NCBI GenBank assembly: GCA_019347895.1
Contig: JAHWKM010000004.1
Span: 1-61,524 of the forward strand
Direction of reading: 5' to 3'
DNA length: 61,524 nt
Origin: Candidatus Parcubacteria bacterium
GTDB taxonomy: Bacteria; Patescibacteriota; Saccharimonadia; Saccharimonadales; 2-12-FULL-41-12
Part shown: in pieces, positions 9,748 to 19,315 of the stretch
Position numbering within the stretch: the stretch's first letter is position 1
Layout: each line of letters starts with the position of its first letter
Notes under the pieces: generated by a model
The model's input: the letters and a program-made list of their open reading frames with translations, nothing else
What the model was told of the DNA's origin: nothing
The model's database searches: none
Position numbers and translations under genes: made by a program

Positions 9748-10377
9748 ATGACAATAACGGTTTTTGGAGCGAACGGGAAAGTTGGCAGGAAGGTTGTGGA
9801 ACGTTTGCTGGCGGAAGGACACAGCGTCAAGGCTTTTATTCATAGCCATTCTGATCTCAAACCTCATCCAAAACTTGAGCTGCTTAAAGGCGACGTTCAC
9901 AGGCCGGATGATGTAAAACGGGCCGTGAAAGGCTCTGACGTAGTAGTAAGCGCATTGGGCAGCTGGGGCACTAAGTCAAAAGACATTTTATCAAGCGGTA
10001 TGGCAGCTATTATCCCGGCCATGCAGCAGCAAAAAGTCAAACGCATCGTTTCCCTAACAGGCGCGGCCGTTCAAGCCGAATCCGACAAGCCGAAACTAAT
10101 TGATAGACTAAGCCGGTCATTGCTGAAGTTAGTAGCGTCCCAAATCCTACGTGACGGGGAGCGGCATCTTGCCCTGCTCGAGGGCAGTGGATTAGACTGG
10201 ACCGTGCTGCGCTCGCCTGTAATGCGCGAGAAGGGCAAAACAGGCTATAAAATAAGCGCTAAATCGCCCCTTCCCTGGGCAACAATTAACCGAAATGATG
10301 TTGCTGACGCTATGGCAAGCCTGGCAACCAATAATAATTATTTAAGATCAGCCCCTTTTATAAAACGCAATAATTAA
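9748..10377 (+). CDS. NAD(P)H-binding atypical SDR (biliverdin reductase B/flavin reductase-like)
   Basis: FGANGKVG Rossmann motif, SGLDWTVLR, I.R.DVA. Confidence 0.85.
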   Translation: MTITVFGANGKVGRKVVERLLAEGHSVKAFIHSHSDLKPHPKLELLKGDVHRPDDVKRAVKGSDVVVSALGSWGTKSKDILSSGMAAIIPAMQQQKVKRIVSLTGAAVQAESDKPKLIDRLSRSLLKLVASQILRDGERHLALLEGSGLDWTVLRSPVMREKGKTGYKISAKSPLPWATINRNDVADAMASLATNNNYLRSAPFIKRNN

Positions 10378-10477
10378 AAACTATCATTTTATTCACGATC
10401 GTGAATATTTTGATAGTGTTTTGATTGGAATTTTGGATAATTCGTGGATTGAGGTAAGATAAAACTCGTAAATAAAT

Positions 10478-10670
10478 AACCTGTGGGTGGCGTGAAATTC
10501 GCCAATCGGACGTTATAGCCGTCGATCCGCTGTCCAGCGGAATGATCATGTGAAAGTCATGAGCCGACCGTATAGTCGGGACCCGCTCACTTTTTCACTC
10601 TTTTGCGTAATCCGCCAGCCGGCGGACTACTCCAAAGCGGAAAAGGTGAGGGGTGCTGCTCAGGCAGCAG
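10478..10670 (+). ncRNA. FMN (RFN) riboswitch-like aptamer variant with inserted hairpin
   Basis: GGCG-TGAAATT-CGCC, TCGG/CCGA tertiary pair, GACG-TTATAGC-CGTC, CATG-TGAAAG-TCATG and GCCGACCGTATAGTCGGGA match RFN architecture; lies upstream of a DMT transporter. Confidence 0.75.
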
Positions 10671-10682
10671 AAAAGGATCAAC

Positions 10683-11612
10683 ATGAAATATATTAAATTT
10701 GGCTCCGTCGCTGTAGTAGCGGCGGCTTTGCTTTGGAGTCTGGACGGGCTGCTTAGGCGTGAGCTGTATACGCTGCCGGCCTCCGTGATTGTTTTTTGGG
10801 AACACTTATTCGGCTTTATTATTCTTTTGCCGTTCATTATTTACTCCTACAAGGCTTTTCGGAAACTGAGTAAAAAGCAGTGGCAGGCGATCATCGGCGT
10901 TTCGTTCTTGTCCGGAGCTCTTGGGACAATTTTATACACTGCCGCCCTGACAAAAATCCAATTCATCCCGTTTTCGGTAGTAGTTTTGTTGCAGCAATTG
11001 CAACCGGTTTTTGCTATTTCGGCAGCGGCCTTACTGTTAAAGGAACCGCTGAGCCGAAAATTCATGGGCTTGGCCGCCACAGCCCTGGTGGCTGCCTATT
11101 TTGTCTCTTTTCCCGACATGAAAATCAACCTAGACACCGGCAGCGGTACGCTAATAGCCGCCCTGTTCGCGGTCGGCGCCGCGGCTGCCTGGGGCGTGTC
11201 AACAGCCTTCTCCAAGTACGCTTTAAAGGACACTTCGTCGCTTCACATAACTGCCCTTCGCTTCGGATTCACGCCAATCTTCGCCCTGCTGTTTGTTTTG
11301 TTCTCCGGCGACTCGGCTGCATTAACCCAGATTACAGCTGATCAGTTCAAATACCTTATAGCCATTACCTTCTCCACCGGTATGCTAGCATTGCTGATCT
11401 ACTACTTCGGACTAAAGCGTATCCCAGCCTCCCGCTCGACTATTTTGGAGCTAACCTGGCCGCTTTCGGCCGTGGTAATCGGCTTTTTGTTCCTTGGTGA
11501 AAGTCTGTCGGCTACCCAAGCTCTAGGCTCATTGGTATTGCTCGGTACAATTTATCTAATCGCCAAGGACGCCAACAAGCTAGCGCTGGCAAAAGCTAAT
11601 TCCAAAACCTAA
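10683..11612 (+). CDS. EamA/DMT transporter (two repeats), possible riboflavin transporter
   Basis: 10 TM, LLKE motif, SD AAGGA; downstream of RFN-like RNA. Confidence 0.85.
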   Translation: MKYIKFGSVAVVAAALLWSLDGLLRRELYTLPASVIVFWEHLFGFIILLPFIIYSYKAFRKLSKKQWQAIIGVSFLSGALGTILYTAALTKIQFIPFSVVVLLQQLQPVFAISAAALLLKEPLSRKFMGLAATALVAAYFVSFPDMKINLDTGSGTLIAALFAVGAAAAWGVSTAFSKYALKDTSSLHITALRFGFTPIFALLFVLFSGDSAALTQITADQFKYLIAITFSTGMLALLIYYFGLKRIPASRSTILELTWPLSAVVIGFLFLGESLSATQALGSLVLLGTIYLIAKDANKLALAKANSKT

Positions 11613-11700
11613 AATCAAATAGGTTGTGAGAGGTCTCACCTTTCACATTTATTTCTTCTTGTAATTTGCTATAGTTGTAGTTGAAAAACTAAAAATAAAA

Positions 11701-13077
11701 ATGACAAAACTAAAAAAGCTGCCGCCGCATCCTAAGAAACATCACCTGCCCTTCCGCCCGATTCATGTGGCCTTGTTTTTAGCGGGATTGCTGATCGGAC
11801 TTCTCGGAACTTACCGCGGCGGCTATATCCAGCCGCGAGAATTTGACGTCAATGAATCAACACCGGCAGTGGTAAAAATATATCACTTGGTTTGCGGAAC
11901 GCTTAAATACCAAGGCCAAGCTTACGGTGAAAATACCTGCGACGCGGCTGTCGGAACCGGATTTTTGATATCTAAAGACGGCTATATAGCCACCAGCGGA
12001 CACGTGGTGGTGCACCACGCGGCCGATATTATGGCCAGGGAGCTGCAAGCCAACCCTTTTCTTTTGAATAAATTTGCCGCCGATGCCAAATTCGCACTTA
12101 ATCCGGCCAAAGGCGAAAGCAACGAATCGGCCTTTTTGCGCAAGCTTTACGACCTGTCAGAAGAACAGCTAAAACTGGAAAATCGCCGGGAAATTATATT
12201 GGCGGCCCTGAGCGACAGGCCGCTTATAGTTGATGAAGACAACCCCCAAAAAGTGTTTGAGCTGCCGGATTCGGACTATATTAAAAAGGCTGAAGTCGTA
12301 GCCACGGATTACGCCTCGCAAGATTTGCTGACCTTAAATTCTACAAGCAACGAGGGCTTCTCGGCCCACGACGTGGCGCTGCTAAAAATAAATGCACGGG
12401 AAGCGCCGGTTTTAGCCCTGGGAGACGCTGCTAAGGTTCACCAAAACGATCCGATAACACTTGTAGGCTTCCCGTACGACGCCGACAATCAATTGACAGC
12501 CAACAACATAATTACCCCGTCTGTCACCAATGGCAATATAAGCTCAATCCGCACCACCTCAGGCAAAATTTCCCGGCTGTTCCAAAGCGATGCCGATGCC
12601 TCCCAAGGTAATAGCGGCGGGCCAGCACTAAATCAAAAAGGCCAAGTCATTGGTATCGTCACCTATCGATTCAAGGATGATGAAGCGGCCAATGCCGCTA
12701 AAAGCTACATCCGCGAAGTCAATGACCTGAAAGAATTGCTTAAAAGCCGTTCAATAGTGCTGCGAACGGATAGCAAGGCCACGGACCATTGGCAAAAAGG
12801 GTTGGAGCTAGCCGGCCAGAACAAATATTCCCAGGCGGTTGAGCAATACCGGCTGACACTTCAGGAATACCCGGCGCACCGCTTAGCCAGAAGCTACATA
12901 ACTCAAGCCGAAGAAGCCATAAAAGAAGGCCAGGACGTCAAAGATCCGCCATATACCCTACTAATAACTATCGGCGCCATAATCGGCGGAGTATCAATGA
13001 TAATTGTCTCAGCCGTATTAATCAGCCATCACCGCCTCCAGCACCACCGCTACAAAAAATCCATTCGAAGCGTCTAA
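11701..13077 (+). CDS. Membrane-anchored trypsin-like serine protease with TPR-like segment
   Basis: GTGF, TSGHVV, DVALLKI, GNSGGP; N- and C-terminal TM. Confidence 0.9.
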   Translation: MTKLKKLPPHPKKHHLPFRPIHVALFLAGLLIGLLGTYRGGYIQPREFDVNESTPAVVKIYHLVCGTLKYQGQAYGENTCDAAVGTGFLISKDGYIATSGHVVVHHAADIMARELQANPFLLNKFAADAKFALNPAKGESNESAFLRKLYDLSEEQLKLENRREIILAALSDRPLIVDEDNPQKVFELPDSDYIKKAEVVATDYASQDLLTLNSTSNEGFSAHDVALLKINAREAPVLALGDAAKVHQNDPITLVGFPYDADNQLTANNIITPSVTNGNISSIRTTSGKISRLFQSDADASQGNSGGPALNQKGQVIGIVTYRFKDDEAANAAKSYIREVNDLKELLKSRSIVLRTDSKATDHWQKGLELAGQNKYSQAVEQYRLTLQEYPAHRLARSYITQAEEAIKEGQDVKDPPYTLLITIGAIIGGVSMIIVSAVLISHHRLQHHRYKKSIRSV

Positions 13078-13111
13078 ACCGCAGTACTAACATGATATAA
13101 TTTTTGATCCG

Positions 13112-13202
13112 GGAGAGGTCGCATAGTTGGTCTAGTGCGCCTGTCTTGAAAACAGGTAGGCCCGCAAGGGTCTCGAGGGTTCGAATCCCTCCCTCTCCGC
13201 CA
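13112..13202 (+). tRNA. tRNA-Ser(TGA)
   Basis: GGAGAGG...CCTCTCCGCCA; CCTGT-CT-TGA-AA-ACAGG. Confidence 0.95.
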
Positions 13203-13298
13203 TCCTCCCCCATTCCGCTTTTTACGGAGCTATGGAGGATTACCCCTCCCTTCTCTTGACAATAGTTCGAATTATTATCAAACTTCTAACATAATCTT

Positions 13299-14462
13299 AT
13301 GAAAAGAAACTACAAATATATTGTCATTGGTTGCGGAGGTATTGGCAGCGCTGCTTTGTATTGGCTTTCACGGCAAAATGGCGGGGAAACGCTGGGACTG
13401 GAACAATTTGAGCTTGGCCATCCCAGAGGTGAATCCGATGATCACTCTCGGATTATCCGACTTTCATACCACTCGCCTGTATATACGGCACTTACCCCAA
13501 AGGCCTATGCCGCCTGGAAAACTGTGGAAGAAGAATCCGGCACTCAACTAGTTTTTAAAACCGGCGGGCTAGATTTCGGGACCCCGAAATTCTTAGCTGA
13601 TTTCGCTGACGCCATGGATTCGGCCAGTATTCCATATGAGTGGCTTACAAATAAGGAAGTCAGTAATCGTTGGCCGCAATTTGAAAACCTCCCTGAATGG
13701 ATAAGTTGCCTCTACCAGGCTGACGCCGGTCTGGTTGCCGCCCGAAAAGCCACTAGCACCCATATAGATTTGGCGCGCCGTCGGGGCGCTACCATCATGG
13801 ACAATACGCCCGTAAAAAACATTCGATTTAACGGTGATAAAGTTCATGTCGAAACAAGCAATGGAGAATTTATCGCCGATCGGCTGATAGTTGCCTCTGG
13901 ACCCTGGACGAATCAAGTGCTTAGCTCCGTAGACATTAGTTTGCCCCTTACGGTTACACAGGAGCAAGTTACCTATTACAAGACCCCTTACCTATCTGAG
14001 TTTGAGCTGGGGCAATTTCCTATCTGGCTATGGCAGACCCGAGGAGGCGTTTTTTACTATGGTATTCCAGCCTACGGAGAAAAAGCCACCAAAGCCAGCA
14101 GGCACTTGAGCGGGAAACCGATCACTGCTGATACACGCACATTTGAACCTAATGAATACGTGATTCGCCGGCTTAGCCAGATGATTGAAAAACATATACC
14201 TCATTTTGTTGGTCCCGTACTCTACACCAAAACCTGTCTTTACACGCTGACACCTGACGGTGACTTTATTATTGATACGGTGCCAGGCCACCCCAATGCA
14301 GTGGTTATAGTTGGGTCCGGCCATGCTTTTAAGTTTGCCAGTTTGCTCGGAAAAATTTCCAGTGAATTGGCTGTGGACGGGAAAACTTCTTACCCGATTC
14401 AATCATTTAGCGTGCGGCGCAGATCTCTCAAAAAGCCGGTCTCACCAGCACAGCCGCGCTAG
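13299..14462 (+). CDS. solA: N-methyl-L-tryptophan/monomeric sarcosine oxidase family flavoprotein
   Basis: GCGGIG FAD motif, SRIIR, CLYTLTPDGDF, GHAFKFA. Confidence 0.88.
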   Translation: MKRNYKYIVIGCGGIGSAALYWLSRQNGGETLGLEQFELGHPRGESDDHSRIIRLSYHSPVYTALTPKAYAAWKTVEEESGTQLVFKTGGLDFGTPKFLADFADAMDSASIPYEWLTNKEVSNRWPQFENLPEWISCLYQADAGLVAARKATSTHIDLARRRGATIMDNTPVKNIRFNGDKVHVETSNGEFIADRLIVASGPWTNQVLSSVDISLPLTVTQEQVTYYKTPYLSEFELGQFPIWLWQTRGGVFYYGIPAYGEKATKASRHLSGKPITADTRTFEPNEYVIRRLSQMIEKHIPHFVGPVLYTKTCLYTLTPDGDFIIDTVPGHPNAVVIVGSGHAFKFASLLGKISSELAVDGKTSYPIQSFSVRRRSLKKPVSPAQPR

Positions 14463-14543
14463 CTAATCGCCAGTTTCCGAATGAACTAATACCTTTGGCG
14501 TATTTGGCAAATTAACAGAGGTAAATTATACTGAGTCGAGTAT

Positions 14544-14635
<92 letters not shown>

Positions 14636-14655
14636 TCAAAGTAGGGTGATTTTGG

Positions 14656-15174
14656 CTACTTTTTTGAATGGGCACCGGACAATATTTCATCGATAGTAGT
14701 CTCTACGGCATTTGAAGGCTGCTGTGTGCGGACGAACCAATCCGCATAATTCTTTCTATGGTTAGGTAAAGCACGTTTTAAGGAACTCAAGGGGAAACCA
14801 CTATCCAAGAGCCCTGCTATTAGCCTAGGATTTTCGTAAAATCGATATCTAGTCGTCTCGCCGCTACTAGACTGGTGCGTGATTAGGACATGGTCCAGCT
14901 CAGGAGCGCTGTCAAAAGTTTTAACAGTTGTATTAGCTGAAGTTAGCTCAAGTACCGACCCATCGGATAGTTTGACCGTATACTTCTGCTCAGGAGGGTC
15001 TGGCAGGAACGTTTCTTCCGGAACAGTCATTTCGCCGAGCCTATTTCGAACTTCGTCTTGATTCGGCCTGCTTTGCCCCATAGCCTTAAGTATAAGACCT
15101 GCGGTAAAATCGGCAACTTCGCCAACTCGGCCAACTATTTCGCCACCAGCTCTTCCAAGCAGATTCTCACTCAT
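14656..15174 (-). CDS. Orphan hypothetical protein
   Basis: 172-aa ORF between tRNA-Ser(CGA) and its degenerate copy; TTGTAT-17-TTTAAT 6 nt before ATG. Confidence 0.65.
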   Translation of the reverse strand: MSENLLGRAGGEIVGRVGEVADFTAGLILKAMGQSRPNQDEVRNRLGEMTVPEETFLPDPPEQKYTVKLSDGSVLELTSANTTVKTFDSAPELDHVLITHQSSSGETTRYRFYENPRLIAGLLDSGFPLSSLKRALPNHRKNYADWFVRTQQPSNAVETTIDEILSGAHSKK

Positions 15175-15273
15175 AACCTTATTAAACCATGAAACTGGTC
15201 TCTATACAATATTGATGTAAAAACTTATAATGATTGGCAAATTAACAGAGGTAAATTATACTAAGTCGAGCAC

Positions 15274-15378
15274 GGAGAGGTGGCTGAGCGGTTGAAGGCG
15301 CTATCACTTTTCTCACCATCGTGAGAAAAGTGATAGAGAAATTTGAAGGCGAATCCCAACCGTTCTCCCTCTCCGCCA
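15274..15378 (+). pseudogene. tRNA-Ser-derived chimera (anticodon/T arms replaced)
   Basis: Upstream region and 5' part duplicate 14504-14572 at 15234-15302; acceptor GGAGAGG/CCTCTCC-GCCA intact; perfect 16-bp hairpin in place of the anticodon arm. Confidence 0.8.
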
Positions 15379-15420
15379 AACAAAGTAATAATATTGTATG
15401 TTTTGTAGTATATTGGAAAT

Positions 15421-15696
15421 ATGGCAGAAGATATTCCAGGCAGCGGCGATACCGGCGGATGGGATCGGGATAATGGAGAAAAAATTTTACGAGGAGTAGA
15501 AGAAGATAGGAAGGATGATCGCGAAGCAGCCGAAAAAGAAGCTGGACGTTATGAGGCGGCACGAAGAGAGCTAGAAGCTCAAGCAGATGGCGAAGCTGAC
15601 AAAATTGGCGATGAGTTGACAGGAGATATACAAGAAAAAGATATTACAGATGAATATTTTCCTCCTGAGAGACAGACACCTAAAAAGCCGGATTAG
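15421..15696 (+). CDS. Small acidic orphan protein
   Basis: 91-aa ORF, TATATT 6 nt before ATG. Confidence 0.6.
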   Translation: MAEDIPGSGDTGGWDRDNGEKILRGVEEDRKDDREAAEKEAGRYEAARRELEAQADGEADKIGDELTGDIQEKDITDEYFPPERQTPKKPD

Positions 15697-16766
15697 CTCT
15701 CAACTATAAATTTTATAGCCTTTTGGACATTCTCAGGCTTGGCTTCGTGGTTGTAGATGCCTTGGCCAACACCTGTTGGTAGAGTCCATAGGGTTCGTTT
15801 GTTTCGAGTCTTTTTATCGGCAAGAATTTTTTTAGACACTTCTTCCGGATTAACGCCGGAAACTTGAGCCGGTAACATAAAACGGTTCAAGGTCGCAGTG
15901 ACAGTCTGCGTTAAACCCGGTTCGCAAACTCCTTCCAGCTCGGCCAGTTTAGTTTCAGCTACCATACCTATAGCTACGGCTTCACCGTGCAGCAAGGGGT
16001 TTTTAGCTTCCAGTGAAAGCGCTTCTACGGCGTGGCCGATGGTGTGGCCGAAGTTTAAAAGCTTACGCTGGCCAGATTCATGCATGTCTTGATTAACGAT
16101 ATCTACTTTGGCGGTTGCGGATTGGGCCGATACTTGGTCAAGCTTTTCGCCCAGTAAATTTTCCGGGTCAAGCTTATCAACTAATTTCAGAATGTTTTTA
16201 TCATAAGCAAAGCCCATTTTGATTATTTCACCCAAGCCGCTGACTAGCTCTCTTTTGTCCAAAGTTTTTAGGAATTGAGGGTCAATCAGCACGGCTAACG
16301 GCGGCCAAAAACTGCCAACCATATTTTTATAACCGTCCAAATTCACCCCCGTTTTTCCGCCGATAGCCGCGTCTGTCTGTGAGGCCAAAGTGGTCGGGAC
16401 GGCTACCCAGTCAACACCGCGCATATAACTGCTGGCCACGAAGCCGGCCAGATCGCTTATTACCCCTCCGCCCAGACTTATGACTAATGTCTTGCGGTCG
16501 CATCCAGCGCCTAGCATTTCTTTCAGTAGACCTTCATAGGTTGACAGGTTTTTATGCTGGTCGCCGCCGCGCACCAGTAAAACCCCGCTGTCTTTTGGCA
16601 AAAAGGATTTGAGCGTCCCCTCCCAATGCCTATAAACAGTTTCATCGGCGATTAAAACGGTTTTAGAACGGTTTTTTATGAAACCAGGTAAGTGCCTTAA
16701 AGCTTCATTTTCAATTATAATTTCTGAGTTCAGCGGCTTATTAGAAGCATTGAGAGTTAACTTCAC
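15693..16766 (-). CDS. aroB: 3-dehydroquinate synthase
   Basis: LGGGVISDLAGF, PTTL, GGKTG, LNFGHTIGHAVE, LHGEAV. Confidence 0.93.
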   Translation of the reverse strand: MKLTLNASNKPLNSEIIIENEALRHLPGFIKNRSKTVLIADETVYRHWEGTLKSFLPKDSGVLLVRGGDQHKNLSTYEGLLKEMLGAGCDRKTLVISLGGGVISDLAGFVASSYMRGVDWVAVPTTLASQTDAAIGGKTGVNLDGYKNMVGSFWPPLAVLIDPQFLKTLDKRELVSGLGEIIKMGFAYDKNILKLVDKLDPENLLGEKLDQVSAQSATAKVDIVNQDMHESGQRKLLNFGHTIGHAVEALSLEAKNPLLHGEAVAIGMVAETKLAELEGVCEPGLTQTVTATLNRFMLPAQVSGVNPEEVSKKILADKKTRNKRTLWTLPTGVGQGIYNHEAKPENVQKAIKFIVES

Positions 16767-17785
16767 CTTTTAACCTCTGGAAATTTTAAGATATTTTTAT
16801 AGATTGCGGCCAGCAATAAAATACCGGCCAAGACCAAAATTCCGCCTACCAGATAATAAATTCCGGCCGCCGCCGCATTAAACTCTCTGATGACGGGGCT
16901 AATTATTTCAGCCACCATTTTGTCATCGGCCGCTGCCGGCAGCAGTTTGCCCGTAGTAAAACTTATAAAAAATGGAGCCAGCAAGGTTATCGCGCCAACC
17001 CCGACCAGTATTTTGGCAATCCGGATCAGCCCCTTTCTTTTATCAATGCTGGCCAGATATACGCCGGCGGCTAACAGGACAGACAAAACAGCTAAAAAAA
17101 CCGGCACTTTCTTGGCTAGCTGGAATTTGTCCGGCAGGTTTGAGTCGTTGCTGAAGACAGGTTCGCCCTCTTCATTTTTAAGCTCTTGGGATTCGAACTT
17201 GGTATCGCCGAGAAAATCAGGGTTATTGGCTAGTTCGGCCTTAGCCTTTTCGGCTTCCGCGGCGACGCTAACGCCTGGCGGCAGGCACTCCAAATTAAAA
17301 ATATCGACGGTATTTGGGTCCAGCTGGCGCAAACGCTGGAAGGTGCATACCGGAAGCTTCACGGCTTTGTCGGCTTCAGCGTCAACAATCTTGCCAATGA
17401 ACTCGTTCCTGGCGTTAGTAGCATCTATTTGAAACTCAGGCCGGCTGGTCTCGCCCTCAAGCCAGGCGTATGTACCGTCAAGGGCCGTCTCTATACTGGT
17501 TTGGAAAAATTGCGGGTTAAAACTATCCAGCGCGGCTTGTTTAACCTGCGGATCGCCGAGGTCTATCTGCGAAGTTTCATTTTGATTTTCTTTTTTAATA
17601 TTTTCATACACAACTCCTGGAATTTTTTCGTATACCCCGCTGTCACTGAGAACGTCCTTCACTTTATTCGGCTTGGCTGCCAAGTAGCTGAATACCGCAG
17701 AAGTTGCCAAAAACAACAAGCTGATTGCCAGCAAATAGGCAAAAACGGCGACCATAAACCACCTGAGGGCTTTTCGGATATTCAT
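16763..17785 (-). CDS. Membrane protein (1+3 TM, extracellular domain with Cys pair)
   Basis: Hydrophobicity pattern; overlaps aroB start. Confidence 0.7.
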   Translation of the reverse strand: MNIRKALRWFMVAVFAYLLAISLLFLATSAVFSYLAAKPNKVKDVLSDSGVYEKIPGVVYENIKKENQNETSQIDLGDPQVKQAALDSFNPQFFQTSIETALDGTYAWLEGETSRPEFQIDATNARNEFIGKIVDAEADKAVKLPVCTFQRLRQLDPNTVDIFNLECLPPGVSVAAEAEKAKAELANNPDFLGDTKFESQELKNEEGEPVFSNDSNLPDKFQLAKKVPVFLAVLSVLLAAGVYLASIDKRKGLIRIAKILVGVGAITLLAPFFISFTTGKLLPAAADDKMVAEIISPVIREFNAAAAGIYYLVGGILVLAGILLLAAIYKNILKFPEVKR

Positions 17786-17868
17786 CCCGTTAGAATTTCC
17801 TCCGGTTGCATCTTAGCGCCATAATTCTCCACTTTATCTTGTTCCGCCAACATTCTAACGGGATTCAT
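17780..17868 (-). repeat. Family A start-codon hairpin element, copy 1
   Basis: ATGAAT-CCCGTTAGAA...TTCTAACGGG-ATGAAT on the minus strand; 28-aa ORF 17868-17782 stops on the ATGA of the downstream gene. Confidence 0.85.
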
Positions 17869-17916
17869 CCACTAATTGTACCGCAATCTTACAAAGGTTA
17901 TAATTGAAACATGACA

Positions 17917-18083
17917 GAAGCCTCCGCACTTGAGTGTCCAATGTATTTTCTCGATGAGCAACGGAGTGAGCTGTACAGGACGTACTGCTCGCGAGTAGCG
18001 CAGTCGAAAAATACATTGGGTGCCAAGAGTGCCTTGCAAAGTCTGGCTTTGCCAGGCTTGGAAAGGCACGGTGCGCAGGTTTC
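17917..18083 (+). repeat. Family B ~170-bp structured element, copy 1
   Basis: CGCACTTGAG...GTAC-loop-GTAC...CCAAGAG...CGGTGCG; 58-aa ORF 17911-18087 overlaps the next ATG. Confidence 0.85.
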
Positions 18084-18269
18084 ATGACTCCGTTTTTCAT
18101 AGCTTTTATTATGGCGGCCGGCGTGACGGCTTGGGTATATGACAAAACCCAGCAGCGCACAGGCAACAATACTTCTTCTTCCGCCACTTTAGCGGCTGCT
18201 GCCGGCGTAATAGTATTCATAATCACTTTAACCATCCTTAGCCTAATTGACGATTATCTAGGCAATTAA
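18084..18269 (+). CDS. Small two-TM membrane protein
   Basis: 61 aa, WVY.K..RTG.N motif between TM helices. Confidence 0.7.
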   Translation: MTPFFIAFIMAAGVTAWVYDKTQQRTGNNTSSSATLAAAAGVIVFIITLTILSLIDDYLGN

Positions 18270-18319
18270 CTCTAAGACAATTAAATCCATCTCTCCTTCG
18301 ATTAATCATAAAAAATAAT

Positions 18320-18347
18320 CAGACTAGCGTACTAGTACGCTAGTCTG
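18320..18347. promoter_or_regulatory. Perfect 28-bp palindrome (operator candidate)
   Basis: CAGACTAGCGTACT|AGTACGCTAGTCTG upstream of an XRE-HAD fusion gene. Confidence 0.5.
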
Positions 18348-18455
18348 TCCGGCCTTCGGTGTTTTTAACTGATTTGTCTAGCCGGTTTAGGCTAATATTT
18401 TTGCTAATTTTCGGGTGCAACTGGTATTATATGGCCAGATAAGGTGGGTAAATAA

Positions 18456-19298
18456 ATGGATGAAAGAGAACTGGCTGCAAAAATTGGTGATGCCCGGCGC
18501 AGCTCAAGTCTAACGCAGCAGCAGCTTTGCCAAAAATCCGGCTTGAGCTACTCTACGCTAGCCAAAATTGAGCGCGGCGCTATCAAGTCCCCGTCGGTCT
18601 TTACCATTCAGCAGATTGCAGAGGCACTGGGAACATCCCTAGACGCTCTTTTAGGTATTGACACCGTTTCAGCTTCAAAACGGCCTAAAAAACGCTCTAA
18701 AAGCGGTGTGGAATTCGTGTACTTTGACATTAACGGCTGTTTAGTCCGGTTTTTTCACCGCGCCTTTGCCGCCGCCGCCCAGGCCACCGGGGCTTCGCCC
18801 GATGTGGTGGAAACGACTTTTTGGCACTACAACGATGCGGTTTGCCGCGGCGAGCTGCCAATGGAAGAGTTTAACGCTATCCTTGCCCGCCAATTTAATG
18901 TAAAAGGTTTCGACTGGATGCCGTATTATATGGCGGCTGTCGACCCGATAAAAGAAACGGCCGAGCTATTGGATTGGGCGCACGAACATTACCGGATCGG
19001 GCTGCTGAGCAATATCATGCCTGGATTTATCGCCGCAATGATTGAAAGCGGAATTTTGCCTGACATAAAATATGACCAAATCATTGATTCCTCAGATGTA
19101 AAAGCTATCAAACCAGAGCCGGAAATCTACAATCTTGCCGCGGAAAAAACCGGCTTGGACCACAAATCCATCATGCTGATAGACGATTCCCGGGCCAATC
19201 TAATGGCCGCCGGTAAACTGGGCTGGCACGTCCTCTGGTTCGACGATTATGATCCTGTTGAATCAGTCAAACGTATCAAAGCCGCCCTGGAATTCTGA
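18456..19298 (+). CDS. XRE-family HTH fused to HAD-like hydrolase
   Basis: LTQQQLC..SGLSYSTLAKIERG HTH; FDINGCL, LSN, KPEPEIY, IDDS motifs. Confidence 0.88.
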   Translation: MDERELAAKIGDARRSSSLTQQQLCQKSGLSYSTLAKIERGAIKSPSVFTIQQIAEALGTSLDALLGIDTVSASKRPKKRSKSGVEFVYFDINGCLVRFFHRAFAAAAQATGASPDVVETTFWHYNDAVCRGELPMEEFNAILARQFNVKGFDWMPYYMAAVDPIKETAELLDWAHEHYRIGLLSNIMPGFIAAMIESGILPDIKYDQIIDSSDVKAIKPEPEIYNLAAEKTGLDHKSIMLIDDSRANLMAAGKLGWHVLWFDDYDPVESVKRIKAALEF

Positions 19299-19315
19299 TT
19301 TAAAAAGAACTTGAT

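Noticed and set aside
17917..18083. Family B as a metabolite riboswitch
   Set aside because: Downstream genes are unrelated, one copy is intragenic with a TA duplication and one is antisense; not fully excluded
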